A stretch of DNA of 64,000 nucleotides from Bdellovibrionota bacterium (GCA_963668355.1 OY764265.1:2656001-2720000); one strand, 5' to 3'. Shown: positions 1-11,225, counted from the first letter of the stretch. Translations and numbers: made by a program. The notes: generated by a model not told the origin, from the sequence alone.

Positions 1-53
1 ACACTCCCCCATTTCCCCTTTTAACCTTGAGCTGCTACGGTTTAACAAAAATC

Positions 54-3000
54 ATGAAGCTGACTTCCTTGCTCTCTTTCAAGCCTGTTGCCCTCCTGCT
101 TTTGGCCGGTTTTCTCGGTCTGGCCTGTTATTTGTCCCTACGAAACCACGCCTTTCACTGGTCTACACTGGACCTTCAAATGACCCGAGCCCAGGCAATT
201 GAAAAGTCCAAAGAACATTTAGCGGGTCTCGGTTTTGACCTTCAAGGATCCCATTCTTCTGCGATTTTTTGGAACTATGAAACACCGGCCATTTACTTTG
301 AAAAGACCGCGGGAACCACTCAGGCTAATGCCTGGTTAGCTTCGGACTCCATTCCCATTCGAGGTTGGGAGACCCGATTCTTTTGGACGCAAGAGAAGGA
401 AGAATATCGTGTTTGGTGGTCTCCGAAAGGACGTTTGGTGGGGTGGGAACATCTGATCCTACGAGAGAAAAAGCTCCCCTCCCTGGAAAGCAAAGCGGCA
501 GAAGAATTGGCCCAAAAGACCGTTCAAACCATGTTTCCAGAGGAAGCTCCAAGCTACCATCTGATCGAACGTTCCAGCGACAAAACCCCTTATCGGACCA
601 ATCACTCCTTTCGTTGGGAGGCACAATCGGCTCCCTTAGAAAGTCGCCAATTTATTCAAGTATCCATTGCGGGAAACGCGGTGCGAGCCGTTCGAAAAGA
701 ACTGGAGGTACCCGAAACCTTTCATCGGAATGAGCGAAGAGTTGCCTCCAGCCGAAATCTTCTGGGAAATATCGCCCAAAAATTAAATCTTCTATTGACC
801 CTCGTGGCCTTCATTTTTCTTTTGAAAGCTTGGCGACGGCATTGGCTCCGATGGAAACCCATGATCTTTTGGACCGGCCTCCTCTTCGTTGTAGCGGTCG
901 CCCATTTTTTAAATCAACTCCCGCTTCAATGGCATCGCTACTCCACACACCAAACCTTGTCGGCGTTTTGGATCTATCAGGCGGCCGTCCCCCTACTTTT
1001 TCTTTTAGCATCCACCGCGTGGCTCATTCTTCCGTTTGCCTCGGCCGATGCCATGGGCCGAACGGTTCCCTGGACAAGATATTCCTTTGGCGACATCCCC
1101 ACCAAAGCTTTTTGGCATTCGAAGTTTTTCTTTGAAGGGACCCTGGCTGGATTTGGAATGGCCGGCATTCAACTCGGGTTTGTGGTCCTTTTTTATGTGT
1201 TTGGAAGGCAATGGTTGGGGTTCTATGCGCCACAGGATGTCCAGTTTGATAATTTTCTAACTACCACCTTCCCATGGTTAGCCCCTCTTTTGGTCGGGTT
1301 AAAACCCGCCCTGGTAGAGGAGACACTCTTTAGACTTTTTGCAATTCCATTGGTTTGGCGGTGGACGAAAAGTAAATGGATCGCCGTGTTGGCTCCGGCC
1401 ATTCTTTGGGGATTTCTTCACACGGGCTATTACGTAGAACCCATCTACGCCCGAGGTCTGGAACTCACTCTTGTGGGAGTTCTACTCGGTTGGGTCTATT
1501 TGAAATATGGCATCTGGGCGACCATCGTGGGGCATTTCGTCTACAACGCCACCATATCTTCAACCCTTCTGCTTTCTTCCGGCAACACCTATTTTCAAGC
1601 GGCCACCCTTCTCGTCATTTCGTTTCTTCTCTTTCCCCTAGCCTGGTCTTCTTGGAAAATTTTCCAGGGAAAGAAATTTTCCGAAATTGATTTCCGTCCT
1701 CTTAAGAAGCCTCCCTCTCCCCCTTCCGAGCCTCCGGTTTCCCAAGAAAGACGGAGACAAAATGAGCCGCACGCATTGCCTCTCAACCCTGCCTTGGGGA
1801 TCATTGCCGTTTGTTTGTTTTTGATCTTTGTCCTTCCCGGAAAGGCTCCTCGGAGAGACTTAAAAATGGATCGGGGAGAGGCCATTGTCCAGGCTCAAAA
1901 ACATTTACAGGATCTTGGGTTTTCGGCTGAAGGGTACCTGGTAACTGCAGAATCTACCTTATCCCACCCGGAAGAAACCGTTTTGGAGTATCTCAAGAAT
2001 CGTTTAAGTGCCGAAAAACTGGACCGTTTCGTCCGAGAACATCGGATGAAAGAGCCAATTTGGCTGGTTCAGTTTCAAGCCCCCAAAGAGCTTCTTCGAT
2101 TCAATTTCTCTTTGGAAAATCGAGGAAAACTCCGGGCCTTTTCTTACACTCAACCCGAAGAAACTCCGGGAGTCACTCTGTCTCAAGGCGAATCCAAAGA
2201 AATCGCAACGAAGTTTTTAGGCAGCCAAGGTATCCAGGTTGAAAAAATTCAATATTTGGGAGCCATCGAGCATCAAAGGACTCAACGATTGGACATTCTC
2301 CACCGTTGGGAAGTGAAAGGCTCTCGTCTGGGTGAAATGCAAGAAATCATCCACGTGGCTTTATCGGGCGACCGAGTCGCAAAATTCAATCGTTATTTCC
2401 AACTCCCCGAAAGTTATTTAAGAATACTCGAAGAGGAAAATTCGTGGCATGTGTTAAGGACCATTCTCTCCATTGCGCTCATGTTACTGCTCTTGGGGCT
2501 CGTAGTTCGGGCTTTGTTTGATCGACAGGTCGTCGCCACCTTTCGAAATCCGGTTCCTTGGAGTGCTGCTTTTCTCACGATGGGCCTGATGTTTTTAGGT
2601 TGGTTAAATGAATGGCCGAACTTCTGGGAAAATTTTGATTCCACGACCACAACCACCATTTATGCTGGAGACCGAATCCTGAACATGCTGGGGCAAGCCT
2701 TAATCTACGGGGTCGGCTCCTACCTCGTCACCCTTCTTTTCATTCGAGTGCCACCTCAAGTCTTCCCCGAAGCTCCTCAGTCCCAGGATCTCATGGCGAT
2801 GTTTAAACGGCCACCGTGGAGATGGCGCGGGGGGCGAGAAGGTTTTGCCTGGGCTTTTGCCCTCTTAACCTTCGGAATATTACGAACTCAAATTTTTAAT
2901 CAACTTTCCGGAGAGTTGCCTCTGGATCTCTTTCAAACCACGTATGGACCTTTTTCGACTTTTTTTCCGGGCTTTACTTGGATCCCCATGTTCTGGACGG

Positions 3001-3386
3001 ACATTCTTTCTTGGGCCGCTTTGGCCGTAGGATTGTCCGTTTTGAAAAAAACGTTGGGATTGCGGTTCGGAGGAACCCTATTCCTAGGAACCTCTCTCCT
3101 GGTGATGGTCCTTACCCCTGATCAGAACTGGGGCGCGGCCGCAAACCATCTGGTGGGCCTCCTCATTTTGGCTTTCATCATTCTTCGCATCATCCGTTTT
3201 CATATTCCTTTCTATTTTTGGTTCGCCTTCTTGTCGGCAGCGTTGAGTTTTATGCCTTGGCTATTCTCTGAGACCCTGGCATTTCGTCAACAAGCCGCCC
3301 TAATCCTTCTCATCATTCTCTTTATGTTTTCCCTGCTTTTCGTTCGACCTCCCTTTTCACGACCACGTTCTTTTCCCCCTTCCTAA
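54..3386 (+). CDS. Large polytopic membrane protein with CPBP/CAAX (Abi) intramembrane glutamic protease domain, internally duplicated
   Basis: Motifs EETLFR, WGFLH, GHFVYN in the first half; many TM segments; two similar extracytoplasmic domains. ATG at 54 preferred over TTG at 27. Confidence 0.8.
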   Translation: MKLTSLLSFKPVALLLLAGFLGLACYLSLRNHAFHWSTLDLQMTRAQAIEKSKEHLAGLGFDLQGSHSSAIFWNYETPAIYFEKTAGTTQANAWLASDSIPIRGWETRFFWTQEKEEYRVWWSPKGRLVGWEHLILREKKLPSLESKAAEELAQKTVQTMFPEEAPSYHLIERSSDKTPYRTNHSFRWEAQSAPLESRQFIQVSIAGNAVRAVRKELEVPETFHRNERRVASSRNLLGNIAQKLNLLLTLVAFIFLLKAWRRHWLRWKPMIFWTGLLFVVAVAHFLNQLPLQWHRYSTHQTLSAFWIYQAAVPLLFLLASTAWLILPFASADAMGRTVPWTRYSFGDIPTKAFWHSKFFFEGTLAGFGMAGIQLGFVVLFYVFGRQWLGFYAPQDVQFDNFLTTTFPWLAPLLVGLKPALVEETLFRLFAIPLVWRWTKSKWIAVLAPAILWGFLHTGYYVEPIYARGLELTLVGVLLGWVYLKYGIWATIVGHFVYNATISSTLLLSSGNTYFQAATLLVISFLLFPLAWSSWKIFQGKKFSEIDFRPLKKPPSPPSEPPVSQERRRQNEPHALPLNPALGIIAVCLFLIFVLPGKAPRRDLKMDRGEAIVQAQKHLQDLGFSAEGYLVTAESTLSHPEETVLEYLKNRLSAEKLDRFVREHRMKEPIWLVQFQAPKELLRFNFSLENRGKLRAFSYTQPEETPGVTLSQGESKEIATKFLGSQGIQVEKIQYLGAIEHQRTQRLDILHRWEVKGSRLGEMQEIIHVALSGDRVAKFNRYFQLPESYLRILEEENSWHVLRTILSIALMLLLLGLVVRALFDRQVVATFRNPVPWSAAFLTMGLMFLGWLNEWPNFWENFDSTTTTTIYAGDRILNMLGQALIYGVGSYLVTLLFIRVPPQVFPEAPQSQDLMAMFKRPPWRWRGGREGFAWAFALLTFGILRTQIFNQLSGELPLDLFQTTYGPFSTFFPGFTWIPMFWTDILSWAALAVGLSVLKKTLGLRFGGTLFLGTSLLVMVLTPDQNWGAAANHLVGLLILAFIILRIIRFHIPFYFWFAFLSAALSFMPWLFSETLAFRQQAALILLIILFMFSLLFVRPPFSRPRSFPPS

Positions 3387-3433
3387 ACGGAGGATCCTTT
3401 CCGAGGACAAAAATGTTATGCTGGGGACCGCTC

Positions 3434-6400
3434 ATGAATCGACAAGACCGACAAAGCGCTCTCCGAGAGGCCTTGAAACAGAGAATATTGGTTTTGGACG
3501 GGGCTATGGGAACGGCCCTTCAAGCCCGAGATCTCTCTCCTGAAGATTTTGGGGGACCAGATTTTGAAGGCTGCAATGAAAATCTGAACCGACTTCGCCC
3601 CAACATCATTGAAGAAATTCACAGAGAACATTTGCAAGCTGGGGCAGATATCATCGAAACCAACTCGTTTGGTGGAACCCCCATCGTGTTGGCTGAATAT
3701 GGATTGGAATCCTTTTCCGAGGAAATCAATGAGCGTTCGGCGCAACTTGCGCGAACGGTGTCGGAGTCTTTTTGGACCTCTCAAAAACCCCGGTTCGTGG
3801 CGGGGTCCATGGGCCCTACAACAAAGGCCATTTCCGTAACTGGGGGAATTTCCTTCCAAGAACTGGCAGAAAACTTTTTCGTTCAAGCCAAGGCCCTCCA
3901 CCGAGGCGGTGTCGATTATTTTCTCTTGGAAACCTGCCAGGACACACGGAACGTAAAGGCAGCCCTTTTGGGAATCCAAAAATTATTCGATCAAGGTGTT
4001 GACCCCATTCCCATTGCCATTTCGGGAACCATTGAAAAAACCGGAACGATGTTGGCCGGACAAACCATCGAAGCCTTTTGGGCTTCCCTGGCTCATCTTG
4101 ATTTACTTTATATCGGCTTGAATTGTGCGACGGGCCCAAAATTCATGACAGACCACCTGCGGGCTCTGTCTGAACTTTCAACATTCCCCGTGAGTTGTGT
4201 GCCGAATGCTGGACTTCCCAATGAGGACGGCTGTTACTTGGAAACCCCAGAATCCGTGGCAACCTTGATGAAAAGATTCATTGAATCTGGGTGGGTGAAT
4301 TTGGTGGGTGGATGTTGCGGGATGCGAGCTGAGCATATTCGCGCTTTGTCTCAAACGGTGGGGGGAAAAAAACCTCGCACCCTCGTGAAGAAATCTTTTT
4401 CTTTCCTTTCGGGCATTGATTTTCTGGAAATCAATGAAGAAAAAAGACCCATCCTGGTTGGGGAACGCACAAATGTCATTGGCAGTCGAAAGTTCAAGAA
4501 ACTCATCGAAAAAAATGAGTTCGAAACGGCCACCGAAATTGCGCGGAAACAAATCAAAAACGGCGCACAGATCATCGACATTTGTTTAGCCAACCCCGAT
4601 CGAGATGAATTGGAAGATATGGAATCCTTCCTCTCCTTTGCTGGAAAAACCACACGCGTTCCCTGGATGATTGATTCGACCGATGAACAAGTCATTCGAC
4701 TCGCGTTTGAATATTCCCAAGGAAAGATATTGATCAACTCCATAAATCTGGAAGATGGAGAGAATCGCTTTGCATCGATTGCCCCATTGATCAAACAATT
4801 TGGAGCGGGCGTTGTCGTTGGAACCATTGATGATGATCCCCAAGAAGGCATGGCCATCTCGCGCACACGAAAACTGGAAATTGCGCAACGAAGCTACGAA
4901 CTTCTCACCGAAAAATATGGGCTCTCACCGGAAGACCTCTACTTTGATCCTTTGGTTTTTCCGTGTGCCTCGGGAGACCAAAATTTTGTAGGCTCGGCCG
5001 TTGAAACCATCGAGGGTCTTCGACAAATCAAAGCCGCCTTTCCGGAATGTAAATCCGTTCTAGGCATTTCCAATGTTTCTTTTGGTTTACCCACGTCCGG
5101 AAGAGAAATCCTCAACAGTGTATTTCTCCAACACTGCACCCTGGCCGGGTTGGACCTGGCCATCGTGAACACCCAACTCTTAAAACGCTATCCCACGATT
5201 CCCAAACATGAGAAAGAACTGGCCGAAAATCTTCTGTTTAATCGCGGGGAAGACCCCATCTCCGAGTTTGCGGATTACTTTCGCGAAAAGAAGGTCTCTA
5301 CCCACCCCATTGAGAAGCTGCCTCTGCCTCAGCGGATTCCCAACTATGTGATTGAAGGAACCAAAGACGGTCTGATCGGTGACCTCAATGAATTGCTAAA
5401 GGAAGGGAAAGATCCTCTTCAGATCATCAACGGACCTCTCATGACTGGAATGGATGAAGTCGGTCGACTTTTTGGAAGAAACGAACTCATTGTGGCCGAG
5501 GTCTTACAAAGCGCAGAGGTCATGAAAACGGCGGTTGACCATTTAAAGCCTCACATGAAAACGAACCAGGTCTCTTCTCGTGGAAGAATGATCTTGGCGA
5601 CGGTGAAAGGCGACGTCCATGACATCGGAAAAAATTTGGTCGAAATCATTTTTTCCAATAATGGATTCGAAATCGAAAATCTGGGCATTAAGGTTCCTCC
5701 CGCTGACATCATCGCCGCCGCTCAGCGAACTCAACCCGATCTCATCGGTCTATCCGGTTTGTTGGTGAAATCCGCCCACCAAATGGTTCATACGGCTGAA
5801 GATCTTGCGGCCGTATCCATTGAAACCCCTCTTCTTCTCGGTGGCGCCGCGCTTTCTCATACGTTTACCCGAAAACGGATTGCTCCCAAATATAAGGGGC
5901 CCGTTTTGTATGCCAAAGATGCCATGTCGGGTCTGGAGTTGGCCAAACAAATGATGGATGAAGAAGGCCGAAAAAATCTCTTATCCAAGCTTCAACAGGA
6001 AGATGTTGATTCCGAAATCTCCGAAACGACCAAAGAGAATTCGTCGGCACCCAGGCGTTCCGATCTTCAACCCATTTCCTCTCCACCCGAACCTTGGGAT
6101 TACGAACGCCACACCGTTTTGGGTTTGACTCTCCATGATGTTTGGCCATTCCTAAACCCTCGTATGCTCTTGGGTCGGCACCTGGGTCTACAAAACACCT
6201 CCATTCGGCTTCTTGAAGAGGAAGCGTTCGAAAAATTGAAAGAGACTTCAAAAGGAAAAAAAGCCTTGGAAATTTGGAACATGGTCAAGGGTTTAAAAGA
6301 AGAAGCCGTAAGTCAAAACTGGATTCAACCCAAAGCTGTCTATCAATTTTTCAAGGCCAATGCTGAACATGAGCGCATTCATATTCATGCGAAAACCTCT

Positions 6401-6886
6401 ACCTCCTTTGAGTTTCCAAGAAAAGCTACCAAGCCGTACCTTTGCATTTCCGATTATCTAAATCCATCCCCCAAAGAAGATAATTTAGCGTTATTTGTCA
6501 CCACAGCTGGATCCAAAGCCTATCAGCAAGCGGAAATCTTCAAAAAGGAAGGACAATATTTGAAGTCCCATGTTTTGATGGCGATGGCCTTGGAAACGGC
6601 TGAAGCGATGGCGGAGTACATCCACAAACAGATTCGAGCCGCTTGGAATCAATCGGACCCCCCTAATCTTTCGAAAATGGACCTATTTAGAGCTCATTAT
6701 GCGGGGAAACGGTTTTCGTTCGGTTATCCTGCTTGTCCCGATCTAGAGGGTCAGGTCCCTCTCTTCGAATTGCTTCGACCAGAGGAAATCGGCGTCCAAT
6801 TAACCGACGGGTTTATGATGGATCCCGAGTGCTCCGTTTCGGCACTCGTTTTTCATCATCCGGACGCTAAATATTTCAGCGTTTAG
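3434..6886 (+). CDS. metH: Cobalamin-dependent methionine synthase
   Basis: LDGAMGT, GLNC, GGCCG (Zn/Hcy domain), GERTN pterin domain, DVHDIG cobalamin motif, RFSFGYPACPD activation domain. Alternative start 3413. Confidence 0.96.
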   Translation: MNRQDRQSALREALKQRILVLDGAMGTALQARDLSPEDFGGPDFEGCNENLNRLRPNIIEEIHREHLQAGADIIETNSFGGTPIVLAEYGLESFSEEINERSAQLARTVSESFWTSQKPRFVAGSMGPTTKAISVTGGISFQELAENFFVQAKALHRGGVDYFLLETCQDTRNVKAALLGIQKLFDQGVDPIPIAISGTIEKTGTMLAGQTIEAFWASLAHLDLLYIGLNCATGPKFMTDHLRALSELSTFPVSCVPNAGLPNEDGCYLETPESVATLMKRFIESGWVNLVGGCCGMRAEHIRALSQTVGGKKPRTLVKKSFSFLSGIDFLEINEEKRPILVGERTNVIGSRKFKKLIEKNEFETATEIARKQIKNGAQIIDICLANPDRDELEDMESFLSFAGKTTRVPWMIDSTDEQVIRLAFEYSQGKILINSINLEDGENRFASIAPLIKQFGAGVVVGTIDDDPQEGMAISRTRKLEIAQRSYELLTEKYGLSPEDLYFDPLVFPCASGDQNFVGSAVETIEGLRQIKAAFPECKSVLGISNVSFGLPTSGREILNSVFLQHCTLAGLDLAIVNTQLLKRYPTIPKHEKELAENLLFNRGEDPISEFADYFREKKVSTHPIEKLPLPQRIPNYVIEGTKDGLIGDLNELLKEGKDPLQIINGPLMTGMDEVGRLFGRNELIVAEVLQSAEVMKTAVDHLKPHMKTNQVSSRGRMILATVKGDVHDIGKNLVEIIFSNNGFEIENLGIKVPPADIIAAAQRTQPDLIGLSGLLVKSAHQMVHTAEDLAAVSIETPLLLGGAALSHTFTRKRIAPKYKGPVLYAKDAMSGLELAKQMMDEEGRKNLLSKLQQEDVDSEISETTKENSSAPRRSDLQPISSPPEPWDYERHTVLGLTLHDVWPFLNPRMLLGRHLGLQNTSIRLLEEEAFEKLKETSKGKKALEIWNMVKGLKEEAVSQNWIQPKAVYQFFKANAEHERIHIHAKTSTSFEFPRKATKPYLCISDYLNPSPKEDNLALFVTTAGSKAYQQAEIFKKEGQYLKSHVLMAMALETAEAMAEYIHKQIRAAWNQSDPPNLSKMDLFRAHYAGKRFSFGYPACPDLEGQVPLFELLRPEEIGVQLTDGFMMDPECSVSALVFHHPDAKYFSV

Positions 6887-7653
6887 TAAACCTTCCTGCG
6901 TATCTCGTACATGCTCAGAAACATCATCCCCCCTAGAAAAAGGAATAGGATGATCAAGGAAATTCCTGTGGAGATCTGACTTACGACCTGCGTTCCTTCG
7001 GCATTCCAATATAGGCATTTTCGAACAAGATCCAACGCGTAGGTAAGCGGATTGATCTTCATGATCCACTGTACCCATACGGGAGCTCCGGATGGAGGAA
7101 AGGCAGCACCAGACAATAACCACATTGGAAAAAGAATGACGTTCAAAATGCCATGAAGGCCACCGGAGGAATTCACCCTCCAAGCCAGCCAAAAGCCCAT
7201 GGCCGTAAGGGACTGCCCAATCAAAAGAGATAAGAGTGAGATGAGGATGACGGGGACCAGTTGAATGTGAATGCCAATTAACGGAGCGGCCAACAAGAAT
7301 AAAAACGCTTGGATGGCCGCAACGAATGTTCCACCCAAACTTTTCCCCAAAACAATTTGCCAATCCGAAGTCGGCGCGACCAAAACATTCTGCATAAACC
7401 CGGCTTTCCGGTCTTCAATGATGGAAAACGTCGAAAACACGGAACTGAACAAAAGAATCATGAGCCATGTCCCGGGAAAGAAATATTCTAAATAATTCTG
7501 TCCTCCGGGAATGTCAGCCACTTGAAAAGATTTTCCTATTCCGGCTCCAACAAAAATCCAGAAAAGGATTGGCGTGGCAAAAGCGCCCATGACTCGACTT
7601 CTCTGCCGAAAGAAGGTCAACATTTCTCGCCAAAGCAAAACACCGGTCGTCAT
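6883..7653 (-). CDS. ABC-2 type exporter permease (NodJ/DrrB-like)
   Basis: About six TM segments, LSGAAFP and INPLTY motifs; 4-bp overlap with upstream ATPase. Confidence 0.9.
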   Translation of the reverse strand: MTTGVLLWREMLTFFRQRSRVMGAFATPILFWIFVGAGIGKSFQVADIPGGQNYLEYFFPGTWLMILLFSSVFSTFSIIEDRKAGFMQNVLVAPTSDWQIVLGKSLGGTFVAAIQAFLFLLAAPLIGIHIQLVPVILISLLSLLIGQSLTAMGFWLAWRVNSSGGLHGILNVILFPMWLLSGAAFPPSGAPVWVQWIMKINPLTYALDLVRKCLYWNAEGTQVVSQISTGISLIILFLFLGGMMFLSMYEIRRKVY

Positions 7654-8600
7654 GCTCGACCTCCTTTATCCAGAAGCATCCCCGTAGCTGCAAAAAAGAC
7701 ATCTTCCAACGTAGGCTTCCGTAAGTGAATGGAGTCTACATACTCTTGATGCCCCTCAAGGATTTGCAACATTAACGCCGAAGCATTTTCCGTTTCCATT
7801 CGAAGGCCCTCTGAAACGATTTGAGACTCGATGTTGTACTTTTCTTTGATTGTTTTTTTGAGTTCATCCGGACTTTGAGTTTCCAAGATTAACACGTCCC
7901 CAGAGACTTCCTTTTTCAACTGTTCTGGCCTGCCCGACTTCACCACCCGACCATGGTGTAAAATGACCACCTCATCACATAAATCGGCTTCATCCATGAG
8001 ATGCGTCGTAAACAAGATGGAGAGATTCCGACTTCTTCGAATTGACTCGAATAAATTCCACAATTCTTTTCTCGCGACGGGGTCCAAACCATTCGAGGGC
8101 TCATCCATTAAAAGAATGCTGGGCTCGGGAAGAAGGGCTTTCGCAATCTCAATCCTTCGACGATATCCTCCCGAAAGAACTTTCACGCGATCATCCAATC
8201 GTTTTTCAAATCGAAATTCTTTGGCCAAGGTCTCGATACGTTCAAGGAGTTCAGGTCCTCGAACCCCATACATGCGACCATGAAACAAGAGATTCTCTTT
8301 GACCGTGAGATCCAAATCCAAACTTGGGGATTGAAAAATGATTCCTAATTCTTTTCGAATCTCTTTGGCCTGACGTTTCACTGACTCTCCTTGAATCAAA
8401 ACATCTCCCCGCTGAACCGGAAACAGAGTCGTGATCAGGTGAAACAATGTGGTCTTCCCTCCCCCATTGGGTCCCAAAAGCCCGAGGAGCTCCCCTTTTT
8501 GAAGAGTTAAATTTACATCTCTCAGTGCTTCCTGGGTGCCATACTTGAAGTAGACATTCCTAACTAAAATGCTTTCGGGCGTTGGTGCCTCTTGTTCCAT
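7650..8600 (-). CDS. ABC exporter ATP-binding subunit (NodI/DrrA-like)
   Basis: Walker A GPNGGGKTT, signature LSGG, Walker B LLMDEP, TTH switch, C-terminal PTLEDVF. Confidence 0.93.
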   Translation of the reverse strand: MEQEAPTPESILVRNVYFKYGTQEALRDVNLTLQKGELLGLLGPNGGGKTTLFHLITTLFPVQRGDVLIQGESVKRQAKEIRKELGIIFQSPSLDLDLTVKENLLFHGRMYGVRGPELLERIETLAKEFRFEKRLDDRVKVLSGGYRRRIEIAKALLPEPSILLMDEPSNGLDPVARKELWNLFESIRRSRNLSILFTTHLMDEADLCDEVVILHHGRVVKSGRPEQLKKEVSGDVLILETQSPDELKKTIKEKYNIESQIVSEGLRMETENASALMLQILEGHQEYVDSIHLRKPTLEDVFFAATGMLLDKGGRA

Positions 8601-8711
8601 TTTCGGAAAAACCTAACCTTTCCAATCTATTTGGTTGATCACACAACCATTTTTTCATATCCGAACGAAGGAATATAGGCGAAGCTAAATAGGAAAGGCA
8701 AGGTTTGCCCT

Positions 8712-10226
8712 GTGGAGAGGACTTTCGATCATAAATCTCGCTCGGAGATGTTCCGCCTTTGCGAAAAACTTCCCTTGGATATTGTCATCATTGGAGGAGG
8801 GATTACGGGGGGCGGAATCCTAAGAGACGCGGCCTTAAGGGGAATGAGGGTGGCCCTCTTTGAAAAAGAGGACTATGCCGAGGGAACGTCAAGTCAATCG
8901 TCTAAACTCATTCATGGTGGACTGCGTTATTTGGAAACATTTGACTTCCGTCTGGTCTTTGAGGCCTGCCGAGAGCGAAAGAGACTCCTTCAACACGCCC
9001 CTCGTTTGGTAAAACCGCTTCCATTTCTTTTTCCCGTATATAAAGGCGTCGGCCGAAGCCTGCCTGAAATTGCAGCGGGGGTATGGTTCTACGATTTTCT
9101 GGCCATGTTTCGGAACATCGCACACCCCAAAATCATGGGGCGGAAAAAAACCGTTCGACTCCAGAGAGGACTTCAAAACAAAAAACTCAGGGGTTCGGTT
9201 CTCTATTTTGATGCCTTGACGAATGACACAGAGCTTACCCTTCGAACAATCCAATCGGGCTGGAGACATGGGGGACTTCCATGCAATCATGCGGAAGTAA
9301 CGGACCTGCTTTTTTCAAAGAAACGTGTGGTTGGGGTTCGCGTAAGGGACCAACTTAATGGGAAAACCTATGACGTCCAATCTCGATGGGTGGTCAATGT
9401 AGCGGGACCCTGGGGAGATGGCATCCGGAAAAAAGTCCGAAAGAATCTCACATCCAAATTGCGCCCCACGAAAGGGGTTCATCTCCTGCTTCCTCAGAAA
9501 AGGCTCAACGTCAATCAGGCCATTCTTCTTCTGGCCCCTTCGGATCAACGGGTCATGTTCATCATTCCCTGGTTAAATCACACGATCATCGGAACCACCG
9601 ACACGGATTTTCATGGAAATCCGGACCACGTTTGTGCGGATGAATACGATGTGGACTACCTACTGGACGCCGCCAATCATTATTTTCCTTTAGCGAAATT
9701 GACTCATAATGATGTCATCAGCACATGGGCCGGTTTGCGTCCTCTTCTATTGGACCAAAGAGACAATCCCTCGGCCGTTTCCCGTGAACACGATATCTTT
9801 TCGGATGCAGAGGGCTTCGTCAGTATGGCGGGTGGAAAACTCACGACCTTTCGACAGATGTCCCAAGAATTGTTGGACTGGATCGTAGCCCGAACACCGG
9901 AATGGAAAGAACGCATCTCCGGGTGTCGCACGCATCAGCTACCTCTGGAAGAAGGGCTCCCCCTTCCCCCTTCCAATGACTTTTGGTCCAGAGCGGAGTG
10001 GTCCATGCGCCATGAAATGGCCTGTACCATTTCGGACATTCTCATGCACCGAACCCAAAAAGGATTCTTGGATCCCGAAGAAGCCGAAGAGAACGCCCAT
10101 GAGATCGGCCTGCGCTTGGCGAAATTGTTCAAGTTCTCCCCGGAGGAGATCGCCCGTCAAGAACGCGAATGCCAAAAACGTTTAAAAAAAATTCAATCGG
10201 GCATTCGAAAAAAGCCCTCCAAATAA
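8712..10226 (+). CDS. glpD: FAD-dependent glycerol-3-phosphate dehydrogenase
   Basis: IIGGGITG, GTSSQSSKLIHGGLRYL, IGTTD, AGLRPL, GGKLTT. Confidence 0.92.
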   Translation: MERTFDHKSRSEMFRLCEKLPLDIVIIGGGITGGGILRDAALRGMRVALFEKEDYAEGTSSQSSKLIHGGLRYLETFDFRLVFEACRERKRLLQHAPRLVKPLPFLFPVYKGVGRSLPEIAAGVWFYDFLAMFRNIAHPKIMGRKKTVRLQRGLQNKKLRGSVLYFDALTNDTELTLRTIQSGWRHGGLPCNHAEVTDLLFSKKRVVGVRVRDQLNGKTYDVQSRWVVNVAGPWGDGIRKKVRKNLTSKLRPTKGVHLLLPQKRLNVNQAILLLAPSDQRVMFIIPWLNHTIIGTTDTDFHGNPDHVCADEYDVDYLLDAANHYFPLAKLTHNDVISTWAGLRPLLLDQRDNPSAVSREHDIFSDAEGFVSMAGGKLTTFRQMSQELLDWIVARTPEWKERISGCRTHQLPLEEGLPLPPSNDFWSRAEWSMRHEMACTISDILMHRTQKGFLDPEEAEENAHEIGLRLAKLFKFSPEEIARQERECQKRLKKIQSGIRKKPSK

Positions 10227-10287
10227 ACATCCGACACCCTTTGCGCTTTGCCTAGACATCCCTGTAGCACGTGTCTATAGAAGGCCT

Positions 10288-11208
10288 ATGTATTTTCGAT
10301 TTCCCGAAAATCGAATGTTCGACGTGGTGGGTGTGGGAAGAAACTCGTGGGATCGCATCTCCCTTCTCCCTGACTACCCTCCGCCCAACGCCAAAGTGGA
10401 AGTTCTGGAGCTCGTTCACCAGCCTGGCGGGCAAGTGGCCACTACACTTGTGACTGTGGCTCGCCTGGGGGGAACCACGCGATATCTCGGAAAATTTGGA
10501 GATGACGCTAGTGGTCGAGCCGTGAGAGGGGCTTTGGCCCATGAGGGCGTGGAACTTACCGAATCGCGTGTTCTTCCCGGAATCAATAACCAGACGGCGT
10601 TTGTGGTGGTCGATAAAACTCATCATACACGAACGGTTTTTGGCGATTTTGACGAACGGCTTCTTTTGGAAATGGATGACTTTCCCCAAGAAGCCATCAA
10701 TAGCGGGAAAATTCTTTTTCTCGGAGGACGCAACCCCTCAACCATGATTCCCTTTGCAAAAATGGGAAAAGAAGCCGGCTCCATTATCGTTTTGGATGCC
10801 GATGATCCAAGCGATGGGGCAAAAGAGTTGATTAGCTTGGCGAACGTTGTCATTATGCCTGAACCGTTTTTGTCCGACTTCACAGGAGAAAGGGAAACCC
10901 ACGCTGCATTACGTCGAGTTTCGCAACTGGGTCCGACGATCTCATGCGTAACAAAAGGACAAAAGGGGTCTTGCGCCCTGTGGCAAAAGGAGTATGTGGA
11001 GGTCCCGGCCTTCGACATTCGTGTCCTGGATACGACGGGGGCAGGAGATGTTTTTCAGGGGGCATTTTTAATTGGGCTCCTGGAAAATTTTGAGCTTCCC
11101 CATTTGTTAAAGTTTGCAAATGCTGCGGCAGCGTTAAAATGTAGGACACTCGGAGGACAAAGCGGAATTCCGCCCCGAGCTGATGTTGAAAAATTCATTC
11201 AAATTTGA
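10288..11208 (+). CDS. PfkB/ribokinase-family carbohydrate kinase
   Basis: PGG substrate motif and DTTGAGDVF anion hole; substrate not identifiable. Confidence 0.9.
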   Translation: MYFRFPENRMFDVVGVGRNSWDRISLLPDYPPPNAKVEVLELVHQPGGQVATTLVTVARLGGTTRYLGKFGDDASGRAVRGALAHEGVELTESRVLPGINNQTAFVVVDKTHHTRTVFGDFDERLLLEMDDFPQEAINSGKILFLGGRNPSTMIPFAKMGKEAGSIIVLDADDPSDGAKELISLANVVIMPEPFLSDFTGERETHAALRRVSQLGPTISCVTKGQKGSCALWQKEYVEVPAFDIRVLDTTGAGDVFQGAFLIGLLENFELPHLLKFANAAAALKCRTLGGQSGIPPRADVEKFIQI

Positions 11209-11225
11209 TCATTTGAAAGGTGAAT

